In this document: positions 16,129 to 28,775 of the stretch, in pieces
Layout of the letters: the number at the start of each line of letters is the position of its first letter
How positions within the stretch are numbered: the stretch's first letter is position 1
Source: Macrostomum lignano
Lineage: Eukaryota
Reading direction: 5' to 3'
NCBI GenBank assembly: GCA_002269645.1
Contig: NIVC01002388.1
Coordinates: 1-64,000, forward strand
Length of the DNA stretch: 64,000 bases
Position numbers and translations under genes: made by a program
Notes under the pieces: generated by a model
Databases searched by the model: none
Seen by the model: only the letters and a program-made list of their open reading frames with translations
Told to the model about the DNA's origin: nothing

Positions 16129-18080
16129 AGCAACTATGGTTGAAAAGAAAATAAATAATACTGGCGAGGGGCCCAGCCAAGGTTGGTCACAAAAATGCTC
16201 AAAAATACAGAGTACTAATTAGATGATGAAGCAATGTGCCTTAATAACACAGTCATAGTTACTTCCATCATTTACCGTTAATGTTAATTTATCTGTTTAT
16301 TTCATAGGTAAGTCACATTTTAGTCACATGGCCAGTGTAAATCAGGGGATTGCGCATGTATGTGATTAAATATGTTTAAGTAACAATGCCTTGCGTGTAA
16401 ATTCTTAAAATATTGTTTATTGAAACTAATAGTGATATAAAATACTGAAGTTATGCTAAATCATAAAAAGCATTAGGTTAAAAGCTATAAAACTTTATAA
16501 AATTTTTAATAAAATAAAAAATTATTATAAAATTTATAATAAAGTATAAATACAGTTTAGAAATTGTCCAAGCTAGACCAAAAAATCTATAGAGATATTA
16601 ACCTTACTTTGGTAGTTCTAGGATTTATAAGTATTTGACTAGAGGCCTAATATACAACACAATGCTATAATACTCTAAGCAAGTATTTAGGAGTTATACC
16701 TATTTAGCTAAATAGCTTGATTTTTTGTGTCATAGGCAATATAATTCTTACTCAAAAGAATTGAGTAAGAGAAGGTTGCTTATCTTTTGAATGAAAACAA
16801 TGCATGTTTTTTAACTTTATTTGAGAATAACTAATAAAATATGTACTATAATCTATTAAACTTGGCTTTTTCTTTTTTTAAACATGTAACTTTTTAATGA
16901 AAGAAATATTTTTATATGGAAACAATCTCTACTAGAGTTACACTCCTTTTTTAGACTTTTAATGAAAAACACAAAGAAAGTCCAATAGTAAAAAAGGCAA
17001 ATATGACAGTTCTACATTGCTCTAAAAAGTTTTAGCCTATAATTTTATTTTTTTTAAATGTTACTATATTCAATAAATATATTAAATTATACTATTTTAA
17101 TTTAGATATATTAGCTTACTATGGTTTTGCATACTATTACCAAAAGTTTAGTAGAAAAAGTTTCTTACTTTAATTTTTAATGTTTCAATCTCATATTTCA
17201 TGTTTATAATATTAGCTAATATCATTTTTTATCTATAAAAGATAGGCCTATTCTAAGATGTGCATAATTACTTGTGCCATTTACCAAAATATATAAAATA
17301 TAAAATACCAAATTTTTATCAGTGTGCCATTTTGTAGGGATATGCCATTTTACCTATTTATTTCTACATTGTTTTCTAATGAAAAAAGTGAAAAAATTAT
17401 AGCTGCCTTTTTAACCTCATTAAAAATAATAAAAATTATGATTTTTTATGGGAATTTGTGTCTATTTTGATGATATACTAACTTTAGTGAATGACAAGAG
17501 CTAGGCCAAGCTTCTTTTGCTAAATATAATCATTTTTGCATAAGAAATCAAAAAGAAAGTAAAAAACAATGCTGTCTCTAGTCTAAGTACAAAGAATTGA
17601 TTTGATTTTTTAAAGGCAAAAAACTAAATACATGACTAAAATATTTTTTCAGCCAAGAAAAGATATTTTAGAAAGTAAACTAATTGTAAAATAATTTCTA
17701 AAAAAATAATTGCTTTAACTCTGCTTTCTATATAAAATTTGACATTTTTGACAATACTTTTTTGTGAAATTGGACAAAATTGTGACTTTTTAGTTTTTAC
17801 TGAATAGTTAGATAAATATAACTTTGCAATAATTCAATCAATCAATTCATGTGATATATTGTTAGAAAGTATTTTTTCTATAGAATAGGCATATTTCCTT
17901 CTATACTACTTATTTCTATTCTTAGTTATCATGGTTATTTTCTAAAACTAGAAAAATATCTTTTTTTATATTTTTTTCATTTGGTCACATTTCTATTTAT
18001 TTCATTGAAGTCCCTAGTTATATTAAGTAGCCTAGTGGTAACAATGGTCTCAATGTTTAATTGTAGTGGTAAATTTAAAA

Positions 18081-18543
18081 GGCAGTTGTTATTTGTCCGG
18101 TGACCGGACAAATAGCAATGTGGTTATTTGTCCAGTTACTGGATCCTGACCATGCTTTCCTATTCATCGGGTTAATACCGGACATTAACCGTCCGGTATT
18201 AACCGGACATTTTGTCCGGTTAAATTGATAATGCTAAAATATCTAGTTTATAAAAACCACAAGGGTAAATATTCCTAGACTTTAAAGACTTCTTACTTGT
18301 GTCTTGATTATTATATTGTTATACTAGTGTGTGTCTTATAGGCCTATATCAAATTATGCCAAATTGAATACACTGCTTTGCTTATACTCAAGTAATACAA
18401 GAAAATATTAATCAGTATATGAGAAAAGGTCTTAAAAGTCTAGAATATTCATCACGAAACAAATAAGATATTTGTGTTAGCAATTTAACCGGACAAATAG
18501 CAAAAAGGCTATTCGTCTGGTCACTGGACAAATAACAACTGCC
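18081..18543. mobile_element. MITE with 9-bp TSD (MULE/Mutator- or Merlin-like)
   Basis: ~35-bp imperfect TIR ggcagttgttatttgtcc(g/a)gtgacc(g/a)gac(a/g)aatagc; TSD aatttaaaa at 18072-18080 and 18544-18552; internal ggacaaata subrepeats. Confidence 0.85.
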
Positions 18544-20492
18544 AATTTAAAAAGGAGGCACACAGGGCATATACCCCATTGAGTTTTATTTTGTTATTTT
18601 TGGAAAATACACCATTGGATAATAATAATAATACATATTTATATGTATATTCAAGCAAGCAAAAAGCCCCCGCCCCTGCATTGCATCATGCATAGAGCAT
18701 GGTGCATAGGCCTAGCTAGCTGCCTAGCTTAAAGTCATAAGACAGGTCTAGGACTGTATAAAATCAAATTTAACTATCAAAACTCATTAACAAAAGCACG
18801 GCATAGGCCTATGAGTATGAGTATGGCTAGAGGCCAGCCAGCCAGGCCAGGCTAACTGCCAGTTGCCATTGCCCAATAGTTTTAATTTACTCAACTTTTC
18901 TAGGTTGCAAAAAATGGTGGAAGTTTTTTTGCACAATGTATTTGAATTGTGTGAATATGTTATATGCTAATTGGCTAATGACAGTGTGCATGCGCCAAGC
19001 ACCGCTATTAGCTCCCATTGACTGAAACTGTAGGCCTAGCTAAGCCACTTAGGTAACGCGCGTGTGCGACCCGCGAGCCCGGTATATATTTTTTATTGCA
19101 TTTGAAATTGCACACTTTCCTAATAATTTCTAGAGTAAAACCAATAATGCCACTTCATAACTCTCTCCCACAATCTACCAATACGCAATTAAATACAAAA
19201 AAGATTTTTTTACTTTTTTATACAAAATTTGAATTAGTTAGAGTGCTAAAATAGGAATAAACCTAGTTTTAGAAACTTTTTCAACTTAAATAGACAGATG
19301 TAATTAATCTGAACCAAACTTACTACTACTACTACTAATCTAGTGATTATGATTCGATTAGTGATAAAATCTTTTAACACATAGGCGCAGTCCAAGGATT
19401 TTTCGGGTTGGGGGCAATAAGAAAAAGAAAAAGTTCCCTAAACCTTTTGGCATAATTTCGGTGGGGGGCGGCCAAATTACGCCAAATATAATAAGTATTT
19501 ATTATATTTGTTATAGGATTTCTTTTTTATTATCATCATTTTGGCATAAAAAACTGTGGCACCGAAAAGCAATCTGGGGCACCGAAATGCCGGGCACAGA
19601 AAAGCACGGGCACCGAAATGCATGGAAACCGGCTGGGTTGGGGCTCAGGCCCCAAGGCTGCCTGGCTGCTCCCGCTACGCTACTGTCCTGTGTCCTAACC
19701 TTTTTTCTTGTGTGAATCTTGAGCTTTATAGTTATCGTGCTTATCTATTTAAAAAACTTAAAGAACAATTAACTATGGACTGCTGCGCTAAATTATTTTA
19801 AGTAAAACTGCCTTCAATTAGAATATCATGAATTATAAAATCTCGAACTCGAAGCCTACGCCCTACTGTATGCAAGACAATGGGCATACTCTGGGTTGTA
19901 GTGTACCCTTCTAAAGTGTACTTCAGTGTAAATTTATGAGCCCCTAGGGCAAGCTAGTGAAAACTTCAAGTTTAAATTTTAATGTTCTATTAGTACTATT
20001 AGTTCCTCAATTTGTCTAGCTTTTACCTCTATTCTGGTCTTTTCATCTCAATTAGAAGTAATTTCATAAATTAGATTTAAGCCATATCATTTTGTTAGAC
20101 CAAAATTGCCAAAAAAGTAGTATGAAAATTAAATAAAAATGTTTATTATTATCATAATTTTTGTGTTGTTCTAATTATTCAAATGATTAGAGAATAACCT
20201 AACTAGCCATTTTTTATCTTTAGAAATAAAAATTCTTGCATTATAACTTTTAGGAGTTTAGCATTAATTATTAAAACTTTTAGGAGTTTAGCATTAATTA
20301 TGTTTTTAATTTTTTATCCTAGAACTTTTTAATTTATTTATAATTAGTTAAGTTACTAGCAATCTTTGCCCCCCATTGGGGGACATCTGTATAGAATCTC
20401 TGTTCTCTACAAGTAATAAGAAGATAGCCAAATAAAGCTTTCACAAAGAAAACAGACAAACTACTCAAATGAAGTGCAATGCAAAAAGAAAT

Positions 20493-20790
20493 CATCCTAA
20501 GACAGCAAGCATCCCCCAGATAGCAAGCATCCTCCAGATTGCAAGCATCTCCTAGATAGCAGGATAGCAAGCATCCCCAGATAGCAAGCATCACCCAAAT
20601 AGCAAGCATCCCCCAGATAGCAAGCATCCCCAGATAGCAAGCATCACCCAAATAGCAAGCATCCCCCAGATAGCAAGCATCCCTAGATAGCAAGCATCCC
20701 CAGATAGCAAGCATCCCCCAGATTGCAAGCATCCCCCAGATAGCAAGCATCCCCCAGATAGATAGCATCCCCAAATAGCAAGCATCCACC
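20493..20790. repeat. ~19-20-bp minisatellite (agatagcaagcatccccc)
   Basis: Read directly. Confidence 0.9.
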
Positions 20791-20869
20791 AGACAATAAG
20801 TAGCTAGTGCGACAATTTCCTTAGCATTATAGTGGCTCCTTTAAAATTCGCTCACTTTTACGTTTGAAA

Positions 20870-22200
20870 TTGTGTATCTTTTATGTTTGACATGGTGGCT
20901 CTTTTATGTTTGAAATGAAATCACTTATATGTTTGACATGGTGAATCTTTTAAATGTTTTACAGGTTGGCTCTTTAATTTTCAACATGGTGGCTCTTTTA
21001 TGTTCGATATAGTGGCTCCTTTATGTTCGATATGGTGGCTCTTTTATATTAGACATGGTGGCTCTTTTATGTTCTACAATACATGGTGGCTCTTTTATGT
21101 TCGACATGGTGGCTCCTTTATGTTTGACATGGTGGCTCTTTAATGTTTGACATGCTGGCTCCTTAATGTTTGACATAGTGGCTCTTTAATATTCAACAAA
21201 GTGGCTCTTTAATGTTTGACATAATGACTCTTTAATGTTCAAAATGGTGGCTCTTTAATGTTTGACATGGTGGCTCTTTAATGTTTGACATGGTAGCTCT
21301 TTAATTTTCAACATGGTGGCTCTTTAATGTTCGAAATGGTTGTTTTAATGTTTTACATTGTGCCTCTTTAATGATCAACATGGTGGCTCTTTTATGTTTG
21401 AAATAAAGTCTCTTACTCGTATATGTTTGACATGGTGGCTCTTTAATGTTCTACATGGTGGCTCTTTAATGTTCGACATGGAGTCACATATATGTTTGAC
21501 ATGGTGGCTCTTTTATGTTCGACATGGTGGCTCCTTTATGTTCAACATGGTGGCTCTTTAATGTTTGACATGGTGGCTCTTTACTGTTTGACATAGTGGC
21601 TCTTTAATATTCAACAAAGTGGCTCTTTAATGTTTGACATGGTGGCTCCATTATGTTTAAATGGTGGCTCTTTAATTTTTGACATTGTGGCCCTTTAATG
21701 TTCGACATGGTGGCTCTTTAATGTTTGATATAGTGGCTCTTTAATGTTTGACATGGAGTCACATATATGCTCAACATGGTGGCTCTTTAATGTTTGACAT
21801 TGTTGCCTTTTAATGTTTGACATGGTGGCTCTTTGATCTTTGACATGGTGGCTCTTTAATGTTTGACATGGTGGCTCTAATGTTTGACATGGTGGATCTT
21901 TTATGTTTGACATGGTGGCTCTTTGATGTTTGACATGGTGGCTCTTTAATTTTTGACATTGTGGCTCTTTAATGTTCGACATGGTAGCTCTTTAACGTTT
22001 GACATGGTGGCTCTTTAATGTTTGACATGGTGGCTCTTTAATGTTCGACATGGTGGCTCTAATGTTTGACATGGTGGCTCTTTGATGTTTGACATGGTGG
22101 CTCTTTAATTTTTGACATGGTGGCTCTTTAATGTTTGACATGTTTGCTCTTTAATGTTCGACATGGAGTCACGTATATGCTTGGCATGGTGGCCCTTTTA
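20870..22200. repeat. Degenerate ~24-bp minisatellite (atgtt(c/t)gacatggtggctcttt(t)a)
   Basis: About 50 diverged copies. Confidence 0.9.
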
Positions 22201-22249
22201 TGTTTAGTATTTTGTGTTTTGAAGGTGTTTTAACAAAAAAATTATTTTG

Positions 22250-22315
22250 CTCTATTAAGATTCGAACCCAGGTCACTGCATTAGCAGTCCAGTCTGCTCG
22301 CATCTAGGCTATCTC
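22250..22315 (-). mobile_element. Degenerate tRNA-derived head (Ser-GCT-like)
   Basis: Minus strand tagcctag...tggactgctaat...cctgggttcgaatc; no complete cloverleaf. Confidence 0.4.
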
Positions 22316-23609
22316 TTTTTAATTTGAGAACATGAATTGTGGCCCTTATAATTCAATTCTTACAGCAAGTCAATTGGAGTAAAAAGTTATGACATAATCA
22401 ATTTCTCAGTCAGCCAGTATCAGTCCCAATTTAAGTTAGCAATATTGGTTACGCAATTTCTATCAAGTCGTGTGTGCATTTCTTTGACACTGTTTTCAAC
22501 TTTTTGTGATGCAATCTTTATCACAATCGGAATTCAGCCAGTCAGTTTTTTCTCTAGCATTCTTACAATGCATTTCAAGTCAAAAATTTGGCTTGACCTT
22601 TGCATAAAAGCATGTTTTCGAATATTTAATCCTTTTTAATTTGAGCAATTTCTTAGCCAAGATGCATGTACCATCCCAGAAAAATTTCTGATCGAATGGT
22701 GCAAGTTTGAAGAAAATGGGTTAAGCCGTTTTTTCTGAAATCCATCTCACAGAGACACACATTTCATTTTTAGTATATAGGAGAAGGAAGGAAAGGAAGT
22801 AAGGAATATAAATAAATTTATAAGACAAAGCCAACAAGAAACTTTTTTTTTCTAAGTATTTATAGATACCAATATTATTAGTGGCAAATAAAACAAAAGC
22901 TCTTTTTTGCACAATATGTTTTGTTGAAAACACAGTATTATCAGAAAGAATAAAATATTTGTGAAAACCAACAGGGTAAAATAGATGCAAATATAAATTA
23001 TACATAGGAGCATAATATACAAAAAAGCTAGAATTGTATAAACTTATTTTACAAAGTCAATAGAGCTAGAAAATTCCAAGATGCACACTGTTGTCACTCC
23101 TTGCTAATTCCTTGCTAATTTTTATTTGGCATCAGTATCATTGGTACATGTATCTACATATACTCAGAAAATAAAATGTTATTGTCAGCTTTGTCTTTTT
23201 AATCTTATTAAAAAAAGTAGCCTGCCTCAATATAAATAAAGAATCATCATTTTTGTAAAGGGATAATCAATTGTAAGGGATACTATTCTTTCAGAGACCA
23301 AAAATTATTAACTTATGAGTTCTATAAGAATATACTAAGCCTATCTTATATCCTAAATGCCTAATGCTTATACCACTAAACATTTTAAGGCATTTTAAGT
23401 CTTATGATCTAATATTAATGTATTTATAAACTTATTGCAATATAAAATGCTTTTTTGTTTTATTTTTATCACCTAGATTTATTTGAATTTGAAATTTAAC
23501 AATGCTTTTGGATTCTAAAAAATTGCCTTTCTGGTAGTTATGGCATTAGCATTAGCAATACACAGTAATATAAATATATACTTCAGCCATTAGGTCCAAT
23601 CAGTCAGAG

Positions 23610-23623
23610 GTTGTCATGGCAAC
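23610..23623. promoter_or_regulatory. RFX X-box overlapping the CCSAP start codon
   Basis: gttgtcATGgcaac; CCAAT ~14 bp upstream; the gene is a ciliary-family member. Confidence 0.5.
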
Positions 23624-25361
23624 GCGCAGCGAATACCAGAAAAACTATCGCAACTATACCAAAAAGGCCGCCGAGGAATACCAGGAGCACCTTCGTTATC
23701 GCCAGCTTCGCAAGTCAGCCGAATTCGCCCACCACGACTGGGCCTGGTCAGGCGTCGAGGTCGAAGACACGGCCACCCCCAGTGCTGCCTCTGCTTCTCC
23801 ACCTCACGCAGTCGCATCTGGAAGCCCCCCGAAGCAGAAGGCGGCAACAGCAGCTGAGACCGAGCTGAAGCTCACCGACCTGCCGCCGTCTCGGCGACTA
23901 TCGAAGGCCGAGCCGAGTCTGTCGACTCTGTCGCAGTCGGGCTCGGAGACTGACTACCAGGAGCGCGAGGCCAACCTGCTGGACGACCCGCTGGCCGAGA
24001 CAGCTGAAGAAACCGCAGCGCCGTCGCCGCCAATCGACGAGGCGGCTGAGAGGGCCAAAATTCGGCGGGCAATTCGCGAACTCAAATTGAAGAGGCAGGA
24101 AGGTGAGCGAATATTGACGGAGTGGGTCTGACAGGTGCTGACTGATGGGTCTGACAGGTGCTGACTGATGGGTCTCACAGGTGCTGGTAGCCAGCTGACT
24201 GATGGGTCTGACAGGTGGTGACAGCCAGCTGACTGATGGGTCTCACAGGTGCTGGCAGCCAGCTGACTGATGGGTCTGACAGGTGGTGACAGCCAGCTGA
24301 CTGATGGGTCTGACAGGTGGTGACAGCCAGCTGACTGATGGGTCTGACAGGTGCTGACTGATGGGTCTCACAGGTGCTGGCAGCCAGCTGACTGATGGGT
24401 CTGACAGGTGGTGACAGCCAGCTGACTGATGGGTCAAGCAATATTGAAATTTCACTACTGTCGAGTAGTATGCAACGCTCTAGAGTGATTTGTCTCTATA
24501 GAGTTGCAGAAGCAGCCGGCAGAGCAGCAACAGCAACGACAGCAGCAGCAGCAGCAGCGGAGGCGGCGGCGGTACCATTGGCAGCAGCGGCGCCATCGCG
24601 AGCCGAGCCCGCCGCCGAGGCTCGCAGCCAGGTACAGCAGCGACGAAGTGGATGCCGACGAGGAGTCGAACGATATCGATGAAACGGACGAAGTCACCGA
24701 CGACTACGAGGAGCAGCTGGCTGCGGCGAGGCGGCGAAGGCTGCGCCGGCGTCAGAGGCAACAGCAGGAGGCGCAGCAGAAGCAGAAACAAGAACAACAG
24801 CAGCAGCAGAAGCAGCAAACTCGCACGGCAGCACAGCAGCAGAAGAAGCCGAAGCGGCGCGCAGCCCCGCCTGATTGCCCGCCATTGGAGCTGGACCGCG
24901 TGGCTGAAGACTCCGCTCAGGCGCTGTTCAATCACGAGGGCCAGTCGCAAAAGAAGAGTCTGCAACAGCAGAAGCAGCAGCCGGAGGCCGAGCCGCGGCC
25001 AATTTTCTATCCGTGGGGCATGGGCGACGAGGAGCGCCAGTACGGGCTGAAGCGGACCTTCAACGTGCGGGCAACGCGCGACGTCTACGACTCGGCGCTG
25101 CGGGCCCGCGACCGCTGCCCGCCGTCTCGGACGCGTCCTGCCACGGCCGGTCTGGCGACAGCAGCAGGCGGCACTCGCGCTGGCCGCTCCGGCGGTCGCT
25201 CGGCTACGGCAGTCGCTGGCCGACTTGGCGCCTCGGCGCCTGGCGCTCAGGACGACTATTGGCTGTCGGAGTACGCGAAGAACTTTGCCAAGTACGCGAA
25301 CGCGCTGTACGCCAGGAACCGGCAGGCCTTGGCCAGTCGGGCCCGGGCCGACCTGCTATGA
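23616..25361 (+). CDS. CCSAP: Centriole, cilia and spindle-associated protein-like. Exons 23616-24102 and 24502-25361
   Basis: G|gtgagc...ctatag|AG phase match. N-terminal SEYQKNY...LRYRQLRK..E.AH..W.W and C-terminal W...D.E.....KRTFNV.A...VYDSALRA...WLSEY resemble the conserved CCSAP blocks as recalled (not searched). Confidence 0.75.
24124..24435. repeat. Composite 23/36-bp repeat (ctgactgatgggtctgacaggtg...) in the CCSAP intron
   Basis: Read directly; starts ~20 bp after the donor. Confidence 0.9.
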
Positions 25362-25519
25362 GTTGAGCACTTGGCTCTGGCTGCGGCTCCGCCAACTGGA
25401 CTAGTATAGCTGTGCTGCTCTCACCGCAGATGTTGCGATGACTAACTGGGTCACTAGAGCCGTGCTTAGTTTATTAGGTATCTCTTAGTTGCTACCTACT
25501 GTTCAAAAAAGGGAACTAT

Positions 25520-25670
25520 TTGCAGGGCTGCGGGCACCCTCCATCCTCCCGCAACCAGCGCTGAGGCAATTCTGCGCATGATCCTCTGATTCCTGAGCGC
25601 ATGCAAGCGCGCCAATGTTGTACGCAGGCACGCTCTCGTACACGCGCTCTAATCGTCAGCATGTACACTC
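25520..25670 (-). mobile_element. SINE family A, 3' fragment
   Basis: caaccagcgctgaggca...cctctga.tcctgag...caagcgcg...tacgcaggcac...atcgtcag.atgtacactc is shared with 51430-51600 and 57650-57830. Confidence 0.7.
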
Positions 25671-26247
25671 TTATAACAAATAAAATAGTTGGATTGTAAA
25701 AGCTCAAAGTGACCCTTTAATTATTAAATTATCTGTTTTAGTTTTCTGAAGACTTAAAAAATACCGTAATTAGATTATTTATTATCGGTACGCTTTCTAC
25801 GTTCCATTTTTAGTACTTTTTCTCCTTATTTGCTATTCACTCTACTGAGAAGCATTCCGTCCCGTTTTTTTTGTTGTCCCTATTAGTTTCATTAGCTTTT
25901 GTGTACATGTAATCCCACCTTTTCCTCGATAATTCAGTTGGTTTTAAATGACAAATTATTTTTGGTGCATTGCACTACTCCCATTTTCATTATTAATTGT
26001 TATTAATTATTTTGCGTACGTCAGCACGTTAATTGCTTGCTGATGACCTCAGGTGCTCCGGTTTGCTGGGCATTCCGCTGCGTTAAAGGATTTAAGATTA
26101 TTAAGAAAATATTGACTGACATCAGCTTTGTCGCATGAGCTACTCTGGGTGGCTGGAAAAATGAATTTCATCGAAATGTGTCTGTCAACAGCCATGCAGG
26201 GCATAAATAAGCAATACAAAACAACGCGCTTGACTGGCATCTTTCGA

Positions 26248-26614
26248 TTGGCTCCCGCCACCGCAGTGAGGTGGGTGAGGCCTATCGATTTTCAGCCAAT
26301 CCCGTAACCCCCGTCTCTGATAACTTCAATATTTATACTGGCCACTTTCTATTGGCTCCCGCCGACGCCGGAGTGAGGTGGAGGAGGCCTATCGATTTAC
26401 AGCCAATCCCGTAACCCCCGTCTCTGATAACTTCAATATTTATACTGGCCACTTTCTATTGGCTCCCGCCGACGCCGGAGTGAGGTGGGGGAGGCCTATC
26501 GATTTTCAGCCAATCCCTTAACCCTACCCGTCTCTAATAACTTCAATATTTATACTGGCCACTTTCTATTGGCTCCCGCCGACGCCGGAGTGAGGTGGGG
26601 GAGGCCTATCGATT
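26248..26614. repeat. ~104-110-bp tandem repeat, 3 copies plus a partial
   Basis: Unit begins ttggctcccgcc at ~26248, 26352, 26459, 26569. Confidence 0.9.
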
Positions 26615-27864
26615 TTCCGATAAAACCTCATCTCTCTCTAAAGCACTTCTTATTCCATCCACCCAGAATAGTTTTATAATGGCATGCGTACGATAATCAT
26701 TGATTGTATTTTCAAGAGCCAGTTTTGCTTTAGTAGCTTCTGTTGCTACTATAAACCTACGATACGCAACAACAAGGTACGCAAGTAATAAATGTGCCAC
26801 AATCTTTGATTGAGTAGCGTTGTATCCACGTCAGCCATGTTTTCTTTATGGATATTCTTTTTTAGGACTTTTGTTACATTATCTAGTAAGCAAAAATCTA
26901 TTATTTCTATTGTTAATTACCGCCTATAGAAAATCTTTATTTAAGGATTCGTTAATCCACCGATTAAAAGCCATCCTGTCTGCGACTTTGGCTGTGCAGT
27001 GTACATCCGTGTAGTAATTAGGTTCTAACCTTTTTGCATTCTTTTTGGAACTAAGCTGAAATACACTATGCTCGCGACTTAAACCATTCCGTCCGGTCCA
27101 ATGAGGTGAAAAACTCATCTTCTGACTATTGATTAGTCTATTGTGAGACATGCGAGTATATAATTGTAGGTCATATTATCATATGCCCTCTCTGACTTTG
27201 TAGTTGTAAATTTTATCTACCAACGCTAAGCAATATATAATGCGTGCATGCATTTAATGAGGGGAAGTAAAGTACAACTGATATTGTAGGATGGCCTTAC
27301 TATTTGGTTATGAAATAACCAGCTGATTAAAACTTAAAAGCGTAGTTGCCTTAAAACTGTCAGTAAAAATGCCATTAAAGCGAACTGGACATTAGATTGT
27401 TTCAGCTGACCAGGTGCAAAAGCTCTGCTGCCATTTCACCGAAAAAGCTCTTGTTTGTCCGGCTAATCACGGAACCGAAGTACACTTGTGAGGAAATGAG
27501 GTGAGCTAATTTATTGTAGAATACATATAGGTCAGCTCTCACAATGAAGTCTGCAGGCACAGGCACTAATATAGCATTTTGCAAGCTAGTAGAGACTACT
27601 AACAAGCAATCCAATCCGAGATAGCAAAAACACATGCATTTTGAGCCTCACTGCTAGTTGTCTATGGTAAAAAGTGTGTCAAACCGACAGGCAATTTAAT
27701 CCTTGGAGCACTCATTGACATATGGCCAAGCATTCTTAAATTGCTGACACTATTCATTGTCTATGGCCAAAAAGCAATCCTTCACCAATAACGCGACTGT
27801 GCAGTAAATCCCAAGCCGTGCTGTAAATTCCCGCACGTATTCAACTTATTAAATTTATTTAAGT

Positions 27865-28775
27865 CTACCTGAGCTACTGGTCTAATTCTACCTGAGCTAA
27901 TGAGCTAATCCTGCCTAAGCTACTGTCTCAGTACCTGAGCTACTGACCCAATTCTACCTGAGCTACTGAACCAATTCTACCTGAGCTAGTGAACCAATTC
28001 TACCTGAGCTAGTGAACCAATTCTACCTGAGCTACTTGTCCAATTCTACCTGAGCTACTGAACCAATTCTGCCTGAGCTACTGATCCAATTCTACCTGAG
28101 CTACTGAACCAATTCTACCTGAGCTACTGACTCAATTCTACCAGAGCTACTGAACCAATTCTACTTGAGCTACTGAACCAATTCTACTTGAGCTACTGAA
28201 CCAATTCTGCCTGAGCTACTGAACCAATTCTACCTAAGCTACTGAACCAATTCTACCTGAGCTACTGACCCAATTCTACCTGAGCTACTGAACCAATTCT
28301 ACTTGAGCTACTGAACCAATTCTGCCTGAGCTACTGAACCAATTCTACCTGAGCTACTGAACCAATTCTACCTGAGCTACTGAACCAATTCTACCTGAGC
28401 TACTGAACCAATTCTACCTGAGCTACTGAACCAATTCTACCTGAACTACTGAACCAATTCTACCTAAGCTACTGAACCAATTCTGCCTGAGCTAGTGAAC
28501 CAATTCTACTTGAGCTACTGAACCAATTCTACCTAAGCTACTGAACCAATTCTGCCTGAGCTACTGAACCAATTCTGCCTGAGCTACTGAACCAATTCTA
28601 CCTGAGCTACTGAACCAATTCTACCTGAGCTACTGAACCAATTCTACCTGAGCTACTGAACCAATTCTGCCTGAGCTACTGAACCAATTCTACCTGAGCT
28701 ACTGAACCAATTCTACCTGAGCTACTGACCCAATTCTACCTGAGCTAGTGAACCAATTCTACCTGAGCTACTGAA
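27865..28775. repeat. 23-bp minisatellite (ctacctgagctactgaaccaatt)
   Basis: Read directly. Confidence 0.95.

Noticed and set aside
26600-27640. Short ORFs and an exon-like segment at ~27407-27504
   Set aside because: No recognisable domain or partner exons; cannot be supported without transcript data.
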